Positions 1 through 11,189 of a stretch of DNA of 64,000 bases are shown in pieces. The position numbers and the translations under genes were made by a program. This stretch comes from Geosiphon pyriformis uo1 (taxonomy: Eukaryota > Fungi > Glomeromycota): contig JAAOMT010000543.1 in the NCBI GenBank assembly GCA_016748015.1, positions 434,001-498,000 on the forward strand, read 5' to 3'. The stretch's first letter is position 1; each line of letters begins with the position of its first letter. Under the pieces are notes generated by a model that worked only from the letters and a program-made list of their open reading frames with translations, was not told the DNA's origin and made no database searches.

Positions 1-299
1 TCGATATTGTTGTAGAAGTGAATAGAAGGCGCGAAACGTTGAAAAAAAGGCTGAATACATAATAACGATTCAAATTAGAGACAAAGACAGTGAAGTCTAG
101 AGATCTTGGAAAGATTAATAACAGCATACATGTTAATAAGTTTTTAGTTCATAGCTACTAGCAGCAAAACAGAGGTATTTTTCACTTAAATAATTGTGCA
201 GGTAGCAAGCAGTAATAAAAGATTTTCGAGTGATGTTGCCAAGTTACCACATGTTAAAATAAATGATTAAATTTCTAATTCTAATTAAGTCTATATAAT

Positions 300-845
300 A
301 TTATTTTTATTAACAATTTCCGCAAAGTTCCCAATATCACGATTGAAATCATTCTAGGTGTCCCAAAAAAGTAAGTAACCCGCATTGGGATAGGTGATTT
401 GGGTAGCTCTTGAATTATTGGTGAGCACCTTTGCTGATGAAACTAGTATATTAACTAGATGGTCATCAGGGTGGCAATATTGTGAAATATGTTAACATAG
501 CCATCATTTTCAGCGTACCCAAAAATTGCAGCTTAAGAATTCGTTTAAAATAAATTTTTAGCATACTTAGATTTCCTTGATGACTAGTTAATGGTGAAGT
601 AATAGCACCACCTAAAAGAATGTCTTGATCCTCGGATCCCAATAGTCTGGCAGAAAAATAATCAATCAATTGCCTAGTTCCACTCACAACTGTGACCAAG
701 TTATCTGGGAATATACTCAGTAAAATTTCTCCAAGTTCTATTAATCCAGGCACAAATACAAAGCCAGCTAACTTTTGCTGTCCATACTTTTTCAAATATA
801 ATCACGCAACAAGATTTCCACAGAACCATCCAATTAGAATGGCTT
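300..845 (-). pseudogene. 5'-deleted pseudogene of the secreted alpha/beta-hydrolase family
   Basis: Colinear with the 3' half of the 45268 copy. The nucleophile elbow reads GWFCG (Ser lost) and is followed by an in-frame TGA, with further indels. The signal peptide and N-terminal half are absent; upstream sequence jumps to the equivalent of ~44850. Confidence 0.85.
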
Positions 846-1623
846 TCTAATTGGACAGTCTTAGTTATTATCTTTAAGAAATTCGTAAATTATTATTAAA
901 ATATATCTCAATAAAACCTTTAAGTAAAATTTTTTATTTATATATTTAAACTTGAAATATTTTATTTATTTATAATGAAAAATTTTCACAAATGTTTTCA
1001 GCATTCCTTTAATTAAAAAAAGCTTTATAATCACCATAATGATTAATAAAGAAAATCCGTGACGGAGAACATGACCATTAGTCATCATTGGCCCAATTTT
1101 AGCAACGGTTTAGATTAAAAATAAACCCATTGGTTTTGCAAATCAAAGATGTTATGAAAGGTTTTTTAAAATACACATTTGCCTTTTGCTTAACAATATA
1201 AGGTTTCAATTCAGCCTTTAACTAACGCAATTATCGTTATTGGATGATATGGACGCAAAATACTTCAAATTTTAGAAAGCAATCATTTATATTCTTAGTA
1301 GCTATAAGTATTCATTAATTCCAAAAAAATTTAATATTTGTTTGAAATAAAAATTTAGCTGGCCTTGTTTTTGAAGTTTCTGTTAATAGTCTTGGGTTTT
1401 TTTCCCAAAGTCTCGAATAATTTTTATTTGTTTCACTCGTTTCACCTAACTGAAATTTTCGGATTTTCTTGATACAAAATAAAATGCAATTTAAATTTAT
1501 GATATATAAATATTAATCGGAAATTTATTAATTAAAGAAATTTTATAATAAAAGTTATTAGTTAAAATAAACGATTACATTTCCTTAAATTCTATTTCTG
1601 ATTAAATCTATACAAAATTTTAT

Positions 1624-2712
1624 TTATTGATAAACACCTTTTGATTTAACTTCCATCCTTAAATCTTTTTCCGCAAATTCCCCAATATCACGGTTGAAAT
1701 CTTCATAGACGTTCCAAAAAAGTATATGACCCACATTGGGATAGGTGATTTGGGTAGCTCTCGAATTAGTGGCGAGCACCTTTGCCGATGAGACTGGCGT
1801 ATTAATTAAACGGTCATCGGCACCGAAGATTGCCAGAATTGGGGCGGTAATGTTGCGAAATACGTTAACATAGCCATCATTTTCAACGTACCCAAAAATT
1901 GCAGCTTAATTTTAGCAGAAGCAATATAAGAATTAGGTTTAATCGTTAAAAATAATAATAATCTTTTAAACTATGTAAAAATAATTTTTTAGCATACCTG
2001 TAGATCCTTGATGATTAGTTGGCGGTGAGGTAATAGCACCACCTAAAAAGAATGCCTTGATCCTCGGATCCAATGGTCTGACAGAAAAATTATCAATAAA
2101 GTCGCTAGATGCATTTACAGCCGTGACTAAGTCCTCTGAAAGCGTAATCGGTATTAATTTAGCCGCAGCCGATGAAAATCCTTCGTTTTCTAATGATCCA
2201 GCCACAAATACATAGCCGGCTAACTTTTGCTGTCCATACTTTTTCAAATATAATAATGCAACAAGATTTCCGCGAGACCATGCAACTAGAATAACTTTCT
2301 TTTTTTGATTGCCTCCGGTTGCTTTTTCTATAACAGCGTTCAAGTCATCCGCATAGAAATCAATTTTATTGTATTTGGTGATATTGTTTGGTGATTCACT
2401 TGCACCGCACCCACGCTCATCCCATCGTACTAAATGAAACTTCTCTCGCAAAGATTTTGAAGCAAATTGTGGTTCCCAAGCTAATCGTGTTGCAATGTAA
2501 CCATGCAAGAAAACAATTGTAGGTTTTTGTGGATCCCCTACTTCTTCAACATAAATCTTCAACCCATCATTACTAGTTACTGTGAAATTTTTTATTCCAT
2601 TTTGATCCAACGACAAAAGAGATGCTTGTGATAGTTGTTGGTTTTCATTTTTCAGAGGAATTGAAAGAAGGAATACAGGAAAGAAACATAAAAGCAAAAG
2701 AAAAATTTGCAT
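1624..2712 (-). CDS. Secreted alpha/beta hydrolase (Abhydrolase_1, non-heme haloperoxidase/arylesterase-like), copy A; exons 2712-1998 and 1904-1624, ~331 aa
   Basis: Hydrophobic N-terminus MQIFLLLLCFFPVFLLS; FLHGY oxyanion motif; WDERGCGAS; AWSRG elbow. A GT..AG intron at 1997-1905 with a GCTAA branch site restores the frame to GADD (Asp) and NVGH (His). Confidence 0.9.
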
Positions 2713-3121
2713 TCTTGAACCTCTTATAAGAATTGTTTTGCAGTTATATTAATAATGATATTGGTTGTTTTAATTTGAATATTTGATGAGGAAAGCCAAA
2801 AGCCACACTTTATATTAAAAAATCTTTAGCGATTTCATATAAGAAACTCATTGATTTCTAATCACTTCGTAATAATATTATATTCATTGTTAAAAGTTTA
2901 ATATTCAAACCCGGGAAGTTTTGCTCTTTACCTCTCTTAAATGGCTAATGCATCGAAGTTATATTTAAGCTTTCTTTCAATATTCATGCATTGAGAAAAT
3001 CCATCGAAAAGAGCGAGGATCGCTAGATGACAAATTTATTTTTCTTAGTTATTATCTAAATTAATATAAGATTTTATGAAACTTTAATATATGAAAGTTT
3101 TACTTTAGATAGACAGTGCAC

Positions 3122-4028
3122 NNNNNNNNNNNNNNNNNNNNNNNNNNNNNNNNNNNNNNNNNNNNNNNNNNNNNNNNNNNNNNNNNNNNNNNNNNNNNNN
3201 NNNNNNNNNNNNNNNNNNNNNNNNNNNNNNNNNNNNNNNNNNNNNNNNNNNNNNNNNNNNNNNNNNNNNNNNNNNNNNNNNNNNNNNNNNNNNNNNNNNN
3301 NNNNNNNNNNNNNNNNNNNNNNNNNNNNNNNNNNNNNNNNNNNNNNNNNNNNNNNNNNNNNNNNNNNNNNNNNNNNNNNNNNNNNNNNNNNNNNNNNNNN
3401 NNNNNNNNNNNNNNNNNNNNNNNNNNNNNNNNNNNNNNNNNNNNNNNNNNNNNNNNNNNNNNNNNNNNNNNNNNNNNNNNNNNNNNNNNNNNNNNNNNNN
3501 NNNNNNNNNNNNNNNNNNNNNNNNNNNNNNNNNNNNNNNNNNNNNNNNNNNNNNNNNNNNNNNNNNNNNNNNNNNNNNNNNNNNNNNNNNNNNNNNNNNN
3601 NNNNNNNNNNNNNNNNNNNNNNNNNNNNNNNNNNNNNNNNNNNNNNNNNNNNNNNNNNNNNNNNNNNNNNNNNNNNNNNNNNNNNNNNNNNNNNNNNNNN
3701 NNNNNNNNNNNNNNNNNNNNNNNNNNNNNNNNNNNNNNNNNNNNNNNNNNNNNNNNNNNNNNNNNNNNNNNNNNNNNNNNNNNNNNNNNNNNNNNNNNNN
3801 NNNNNNNNNNNNNNNNNNNNNNNNNNNNNNNNNNNNNNNNNNNNNNNNNNNNNNNNNNNNNNNNNNNNNNNNNNNNNNNNNNNNNNNNNNNNNNNNNNNN
3901 NNNNNNNNNNNNNNNNNNNNNNNNNNNNNNNNNNNNNNNNNNNNNNNNNNNNNNNNNNNNNNNNNNNNNNNNNNNNNNNNNNNNNNNNNNNNNNNNNNNN
4001 NNNNNNNNNNNNNNNNNNNNNNNNNNNN
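3122..4028. other. Assembly gap (N run)
   Basis: Run of N. Confidence 1.
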
Positions 4029-4330
4029 TGGCAATGATGTTCAAAATATACTTCATGCCTTTCTGTATTTTGAGTTTATCATCGGGGGTCCAGATATCAA
4101 TACTACAGTCGGGTACGAGTCCAGATTCAGCATACTTGTTTCTAAGCACAAATCTGTGATTCAAAAGAAGTGGACAGCATGCAAGTTCTCACACGTCCGC
4201 AGGGATGGACTTGAGATCATCTTTCAGCGGCGGAAGCACCTGCAAGATCTCGGCCATCAACTTCGCGAGTATCTCGTCGATGTTTTCGATGAACTTGACA
4301 TTAAGAAAGTATATTTGCACAGTATTAGCA
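4029..4330 (-). pseudogene. Decayed coding fragment of unknown family (second copy ~41190-41454, + strand)
   Basis: The minus frame reads ...FIENIDEILAKLMAEILQVLPPLKDDLKSIPADV*ELACCPLLLNHRFVLRNKYAESGLVPDCSIDIWTPDDKLKIQKGMKYILNIIA with one TGA. Local GC is elevated and the frame runs into the gap. Confidence 0.45.
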
Positions 4331-6714
4331 GAGTTTTAAGTATTCTAAAGATCAAAAATTTAGCTCTACATACCTCAATTGTTAATATTTACATTGTACA
4401 TATTTCAGACTGCACTTTTATATTAATAATTGACATTGGCCAGTAAAAAGTCACTGGACACTTTAATAAAATTGTTAAAAATTTTATTTTTTATAACTAG
4501 TTTGTCCTTCTTATTTTTCGATACATTTTTTTAATACGACTAAACGCACTAATAACCAGATTTTTATAAATATGCTGTGAAATAAATTGTCATTTTGCTT
4601 GTAATACAATAAATAATTAGTGATTATTTGCAAGATGTGAATTTTGTTTTGTAAATTTGTCTTGTTACATGATTTTATAAATGTTTGGTAGGTTTGAGAG
4701 TGGATGATTGTGCTGACCAATTAAGAGGTAAATTAAAATGTTTTTGAATTGATGGATTAATTTTTTAAAAAATAATTGTAATAATTAAAATCTATGTTAA
4801 TAAATCATTTTTAAATCATAGTTTCTTTTCCATTATGTTTTAACAATTGGAATTGAATTTTTATATTTAACACTTATTTTTTTTTCTATATATTTTTCAA
4901 ATTCATCAAAAAAAAGGCAAAATCTTGATTTATTACTTTATTTATAACTTTATTACATTCTTTTATTGTTTAATTTGAAATTTTAATACACCAATTAATT
5001 GAATTTTTTTTGTAATAATTTGTGTACATTCAAAATTAGTTGAAATTGAAATATTATTATTATTAAAAAAACTTTCCACAATTTTTGCATAAATTTTTAA
5101 AACATAACCTTATATACATATTGTAAAAAATTATTTTAATACATTTTTTACTATTTATAAACACTTAAAATATTTATAAATATCCTTTTATGATTTCTTG
5201 TATCATTTTTATAATACAAAATAATCCATGTTTGGTAACTTTTCACTATTCAATTTATAAAAATAATTTTACTATTTATATTTTCAAATTCTAAAACAAA
5301 GATTGTTTAATTTAATTTATAAAAATTAAATTTTCTATTCTTAAACAAAATCTTTAACTTCAAAGTGGAATTAAATTTCAAATAATTGCCAAATTATTAT
5401 ACATAGGTTTTCAATTTGTTTTTTTTAGACACAAATTTATATATATTAATTTTTGAATGTAACGAAATAAATAAGATTTATATATTACAAATCAACAATA
5501 TTGTTGACAAATGTATGAAGAAAAACAATAATATTGAAAACTTTTAACTTAATCATCACATAATTGCAATTCTAAATTATGTTTTTGTCACATTCACAAT
5601 TACATCGCTATTAGTCTAGTAGTTGAACATAATAATGTTACATTTTTTAGAAAGATAAATGTTATTTACGAAAAACAGAAAAAAAATCAAATTATAAACC
5701 TAAATTTTTAAATAATCAAAATACACTTTAATACACACCATGGTTTTTAAGCGGTATGACTTTTAATTACTTAGTTTGCATCTAATGTATTTTAAAAAAT
5801 TTTCATAATAGATTTATTTTCACTTGTTAAAATTTTTTTTGCAAAGTTTACATCAAAATCGGGAAGCATTTCAAGCATTTTATACTCAATAATGTAAGTT
5901 ATTTTATCAATCAAATATTTTTCTAAAAAAATCTTTATAATGAGTAGTTACTATCATTATATGGGGCTGCTGCAACAAACCAGACAAAGTGAATATCTGA
6001 TGTCATCCAACTTTAGGATGATTCTAATTCTCTTTCTTCGTAGCGCTAGCATTACAATCACTATTAAAGTTATTCCTATGGTAATTAAAATATTTGGAAT
6101 CAATCAAAGAGGGAATATTTTGCTTCGCTTAATTTCTGCTAATTATTTTTCTAACTTAACTTTTGGTTTTTTGTTTCATTTTCGATAGTAAGCTTCCGGA
6201 TCTCGTGATTTTTCCACTATTCGTTCATTTTCCATAGTACTTACTGGTTGATTGTTTCGGATAGGTCTACCTTCATCTGGGTAATCATCATTTTTCCATT
6301 TTATATCTAGGAAAGAAAGTAAAACATAGATCACCTTCTTTGCTTGATGGAGTTTCTCCCTTTTCTTGCCTGCCTGCCCTAAATTACATCCTATGACAAT
6401 TTATTTTACTTTCATATTTTTCCATTAACTCTTGATCTATATTACTGATTTCAGGGAACAAGCGTGATTTTGTTAAGGTATGACTGACATTTTTTCAGAC
6501 GACTTCACCTTTGCTATCGAATTTTTGCATGAAATTGAAAGTGACGCATCACAAAATTGCTATGTTTACACTTTTCCGACTTGCCGGTTTCCTAAAGGAT
6601 GTCGAAGTCTAAACCTCTTCTACCGGATAATCTCCATTACAAAAGTAAATTTTGTTTTACTACTATATGCTCCACAACATTTTGGACTTATATCATTGAC
6701 TCTGATTCTGCAGA

Positions 6715-9232
6715 TTATTGGACAAGTACCGACGTCGAGAGCTGATCGATAGAGTCCTTCGATTTGTACTGGATTCAGCAAAATCCGCGTCGGGATCGAA
6801 AATTTAAGCGTGCTCACACCTCTCTGGGAAGAGAGTTGGACATTCTTCTTAAAGCATCAGAGCAGACAATTGTAGACAAAGCGCAGTCGCTAAGGAAACT
6901 TCTTACGGTCAATTTCATTTAAAAGCAGACGTTGGCAAAGTTCCATGTTACTACGCCCCTCGACGATCTCGAGGAGGGTTACGTTGTGCCCTAACCCGAT
7001 GGGAGGAGAAGCGTGGCGGTTTCACTCGTTATAAGTGATTCTTTCACGTGTACATGTTGAGCTGAGGTGTACTACGCCCCTCGACGATCTCGAGGAGGGT
7101 TACGTTGTGCCTAACCCGATGGGAGGAGAAGCGTGGCGGTTTCACTCGTTATAAGTGATTCTTTCACGTGTACATGTTGAGCTGAGGTGTACTACGCCCC
7201 TCGACGATCTCGAGGAGGGTTACGTTGTGCCTAACCCGATGGGAGGAGAAGCGTGGCGGTTTCACTCGTTATAAGTGATTCTTTCACGTGTACATGTTGA
7301 GCTGAGGTGTACTACGCCCCTCGACGATCTCGAGGAGGGTTACGTTGTGCCTAACCCGATGGGAGGAGAAGCGTGGCGGTTTCACTCGTTATAAGTGATT
7401 CTTTCACGTTGTACACCTCACTGCCCGACGCGAACAAGCGAACAGCAATCCATTGCCATCAATATTTTTCGGAACTTTCCTGATGCACATTTATCTTCTT
7501 TTTATCGATAAAAGAACGGACCGTCAAAGATCGATAGCATAATATGGGATAAAAGTGAGGAGATTGCAAATTCTCAAGTTCATTTGACTCTCAGCGAATT
7601 TCTGGTGAAGGTGACTATCAAATTTTACTATTACAGCAAGCAGAATATGTTATTTGGTACGCGAAGTATGCTAATTTTTATTTTTCATTTCGATTTAGAC
7701 CAACATAAAGATAAATCTTGTCGACGACATTACAAATTTCGAGGAAAAAAAATAAGGAAATGTTATGACGATTATGATGCCTCATTTAACGAGTTCATCG
7801 ACAGAAGTTCTGAAAAAAAGAAAACAGCGACAACATCAGTAAGCGAGAGCGACAAGGACGAGCCTGCGGAGGTGACTCTTGATAAGAGAAAGTTGAAAGG
7901 TATCGAAGGCAACGAAGACGAGGGCGGTGGCATCGAGTCCGACGATCAAAACGACAAAGATGTTCTTGCTTCCAGCAACAATGACCTTGAGGAGCTTGAG
8001 GATGGCGAGAACATAGAAATTGACCTAAAAAGTATTGAGGACGAATTGTAACACGGACCGAAAGTTGAAGTATGCCATACTTATCAAAGTTTGGTTCCAT
8101 TCATTCCGCAGTTTTTTTTACTTCTTTTGTTACAACAGTGGAACGTCGGTGCCGTAAATGTGACAGAAAGGTTCCGGCGGTATCAGAGAGAGATACTAAA
8201 GAAGGCGAAAACTGAAGGCTTGACGTATAAAAACATTTACCAAGTCCTGTAAGCATTCTGAGACATAAAGATTTGATTTACACAACGATCATATCAAAAC
8301 ATTAGAATATCCTTACCTCTCACTGCATTTAGAGCTTTATCGTCAATCATAGTACTTTCTTAGCCATGTCCGTATCCTGTGTTTACAAATCGAGAATGGC
8401 TAGATTACAAAAACCAATCCTTACACTTTAAACGAACCGCCGCTTCTGCCCGAGATTTCACTCCATCTTTGCGATGCAACCCGTAGACATCTTGCTGGTA
8501 AAGACACCTTCCTGGACGGTGGAAAATCTGGGTTAAGCAGGGCAATCGCACGCTTGTTCAACGACCTGTGAGTTTACTCTTTCTATAGTTTGTTGATCCA
8601 TCAGTTTGTTTCTTAGTTTGTTTCTTATATCGAACTTTCCACATTACAGGTATGGTTGCACCATTAAAATTGTCTGAGGACGAGCACTGTTACATGCTCC
8701 TTCATCCAATTACCCGTCCATTCTTCCTTGGCCCTCAGAGATCAAACCTTTGGGATACACACCGCTACAACAGAGAAAGGAAAACTTGAAGGTAAAATTA
8801 CGAGCTAGGAAATCTATTAATCAGCAACTGCATACGAAGGGCGGTCCAGGTGAAGCAGCTGTTTTCACAAATATGGGTACGTATACTTGCAAAGAATGAG
8901 GTTTTTTATATATGTACTGAATTATGGTTTGTGCTGAGCAGGTGCCTTGATGGAATCGTTCTTTATGGGCCTGAAATACGACGGTCTCTACCGCTCTTGG
9001 CCATTTCTTACGACCAGATTAATGATCTATAACAGTGTCCGCCCTGAATTCGCAGTGACATTGTATTTACATACTGTCGTTTATCTCTGGCAATGGGTAG
9101 GAACGGGTCGGAAAAATTGCAGAGGACTATAAATACCGAAGCAACCCATTCACACCGTCCGCGCAGATGACCTTCATGCGCGAACTTCCGGATTCTCCAG
9201 TTAAAGTTGCTACTTCGGTAGAATGGATCTGA
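6715..9232 (+). pseudogene. Decayed multi-exon gene of an uncharacterised family
   Basis: Protein-like frames with stops and frameshifts, bounded by GT/AG: DYWTSTDVES*SIESFDLYWIQQ...KAQSLRKL; an acidic low-complexity exon (7700-8050); WNVGAVNVTERFRRYQREIL; ALSSIIVLS*PCPYPVFT; KLRARKSINQQLHTKGGPGEAAVFTNM; MESFFMGLKYDGLYRSWPFLTTRL; ERVGKIAEDYKYRSNPFTPS. Confidence 0.7.
6949..7420 (+). repeat. Tandem array of a GC-rich 120-bp unit (~3.8 copies) with internal hairpins
   Basis: Units start TACTACGCCCC at 6949, 7070, 7190 and 7310. They are identical except for one extra C in unit 1. Confidence 0.95.
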
Positions 9233-9257
9233 AGATAGTACATTCCATCCCGTACAT

Positions 9258-9395
9258 CTAGAAACCCAGTGGAAACTTTGTATATAGATGTCTGAAATGA
9301 ACGTTATGAGCTTTGAAAGATTGATAATAAGGAATATCTTTACGATAATACTTATCCATAACATCAATTGCCTTCACTATTTCATCACTACTATA
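9258..9395 (-). pseudogene. Terminal exon of a small gene convergent with the 6715-9232 pseudogene
   Basis: CTAACATAG branch/acceptor, then an open frame YSSDEIVKAIDVMDKYYRKDIPYYQSFKAHNVHFRHLYTKFPLGF*. Upstream exons were not found. Confidence 0.45.
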
Positions 9396-10375
9396 CTATG
9401 TTAGAAACTGCTGATACCCGGGCTCATTTTGTTGCAGCACGCCCAATATCTAGTTAGACTGAATTTATAAATAAAGATTTTTGATTATATCTTTGAAAAG
9501 TTTCAAACTCAAAATGATGGAAAATCCTCATTCGATTTAATGATACCATTTAAAAGATATCTTTCACCATATTCAAAAAAGTATTTTATAGGATTTCGGT
9601 CATATATTTAATAATGTTCATTTCGAGTTCCCTGCTTGCATTTCTGAAAATCGATTGTCCAATTTTGACACGTTTTCTATATATACATACTAATCAGAAA
9701 AGCTCAGATAAGGACTGATTTTTCTTTTTTTCCTCCTAAATTTAGAAAATTTCATAAAACATGTTCCCCCCGAAAAAATTTTCACATTTGTAAGTTTTTT
9801 TTTTTAAAATCTTCCGTGCACGAATAATATTCATAATATGTATATTCGGAGAACATGAAGATCCATAATACATCCATGCACTCTCAAACAATGAAGTATG
9901 CATTTTCTCTTTCAACTCGTTTACCTTTTAGCCATAGTTATGTACGATAAAATTGGGAAATTTTTTTTTTGTCTATCAAAGATCTGTATGACTAACCCTA
10001 CATTGTCGGAATCTAAAAATCTCGAACATCTGGAAAGTTCTACACTTTGAACTTTTGTTAATTACATCAGATACAAAAATAATTACCAATTAAAATTTCA
10101 TTCTATTTTTTTAATTGAATAATCACATGGTTTCAATAATTGTATATTTTTAATTTTTAATTTTTTACTTTTAAAAAAAAAAAATAATGATCCTCTTTTG
10201 TTGATATTGTTGATACCCTAATTAATTTTATCAAAAAAAAAAAAAATCTATTGATTAATGTATATTGTCGAGTGGCGTCATATCTTTTCAGTAAACTCTC
10301 CATGTGTAATCTTAAACAAAATGTAAAGTCGAACCATAAAGTGACTCTAAAAAGGGAACAATACTATAGAACAAT

Positions 10376-10415
<40 letters not shown>

Positions 10416-11189
10416 ATATAGTATCATACTATGAATTATACCATTATTATTCTAGAATGATGGAATAAATCATCGCAGTAATTATATGCAACAAGATTTT
10501 ACACTGATTTTTAATCAAAATTTTTCTCATAATCTGAACAAATTTATTGTGAAAGAATTCTTTGAAAGCCTTAAAATTCAACAAAATTTGTCATATATCC
10601 AACATTGAAACATTAAAAAAAAAAATACTTTTTGGTTTGTGATTTTTCTAATTATGTATATCTAAAATAGGGAATTTCCCAATGCAAATATGCTAGTCAA
10701 CTATTTAACACAAAGTTTAGTATACCCAATCAAAATTATTAACCCAGTTACGCCCTCGCGATAGGAGAACAAAGGCGGGATCTCAATATACTGAAGCTTA
10801 GGGTTCTGTGGGTTAGATTACAAGTGGATCATAATAGGAAAGTCAAGAGTGAGAAGGAAATGATTATTAGAAATTAATTATTAAGAAAAGAAAAATGCCT
10901 TACTCAAATCGGCCTACTTTAAAATTAAATTAAGAGAGTAAATTAGGATGATGGAAATAAAAAAACTATACAATATTTACTAAATAAAAAGGGTATAATA
11001 GGTTTATATATATGTAATTAAGGCTGCGTGCGTGGAAAGCATATAATGAGCGACGCAAGTGTGAAATAAAGATAAAAGGTTTCTTAAAAAAAAAAAAAGG
11101 AATTCAAAAGGGAAAAACCATTGTTCATTGCATCAATTGTTCAGATTTATGATGCAATTAAAGCGTTGGAATGTTTTTGTTCTTGATTT

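Larger units (their letters stand above)
20..4415 (-). repeat. Left arm of an inverted segmental duplication (partner ~41058-46580)
   Basis: Reverse complement of 2817-3121 equals 42655-42960; 4050-4415 matches 41058-41454; 850-1620 matches 44080-44850; 20-135 resembles 46490-46575. Confidence 0.9.

Noticed and set aside
3100-4164. Long ORFs spanning N runs (also 16705-16995 and 41165-42040)
   Set aside because: Artefacts of translating N.
6949-7420. CRISPR array, or hammerhead/twister ribozyme (retrozyme) array
   Set aside because: Units are identical with no variable spacers and the context is eukaryotic. I found no CUGANGA...GAAA core or twister consensus on either strand by eye; a cmscan is still worthwhile.
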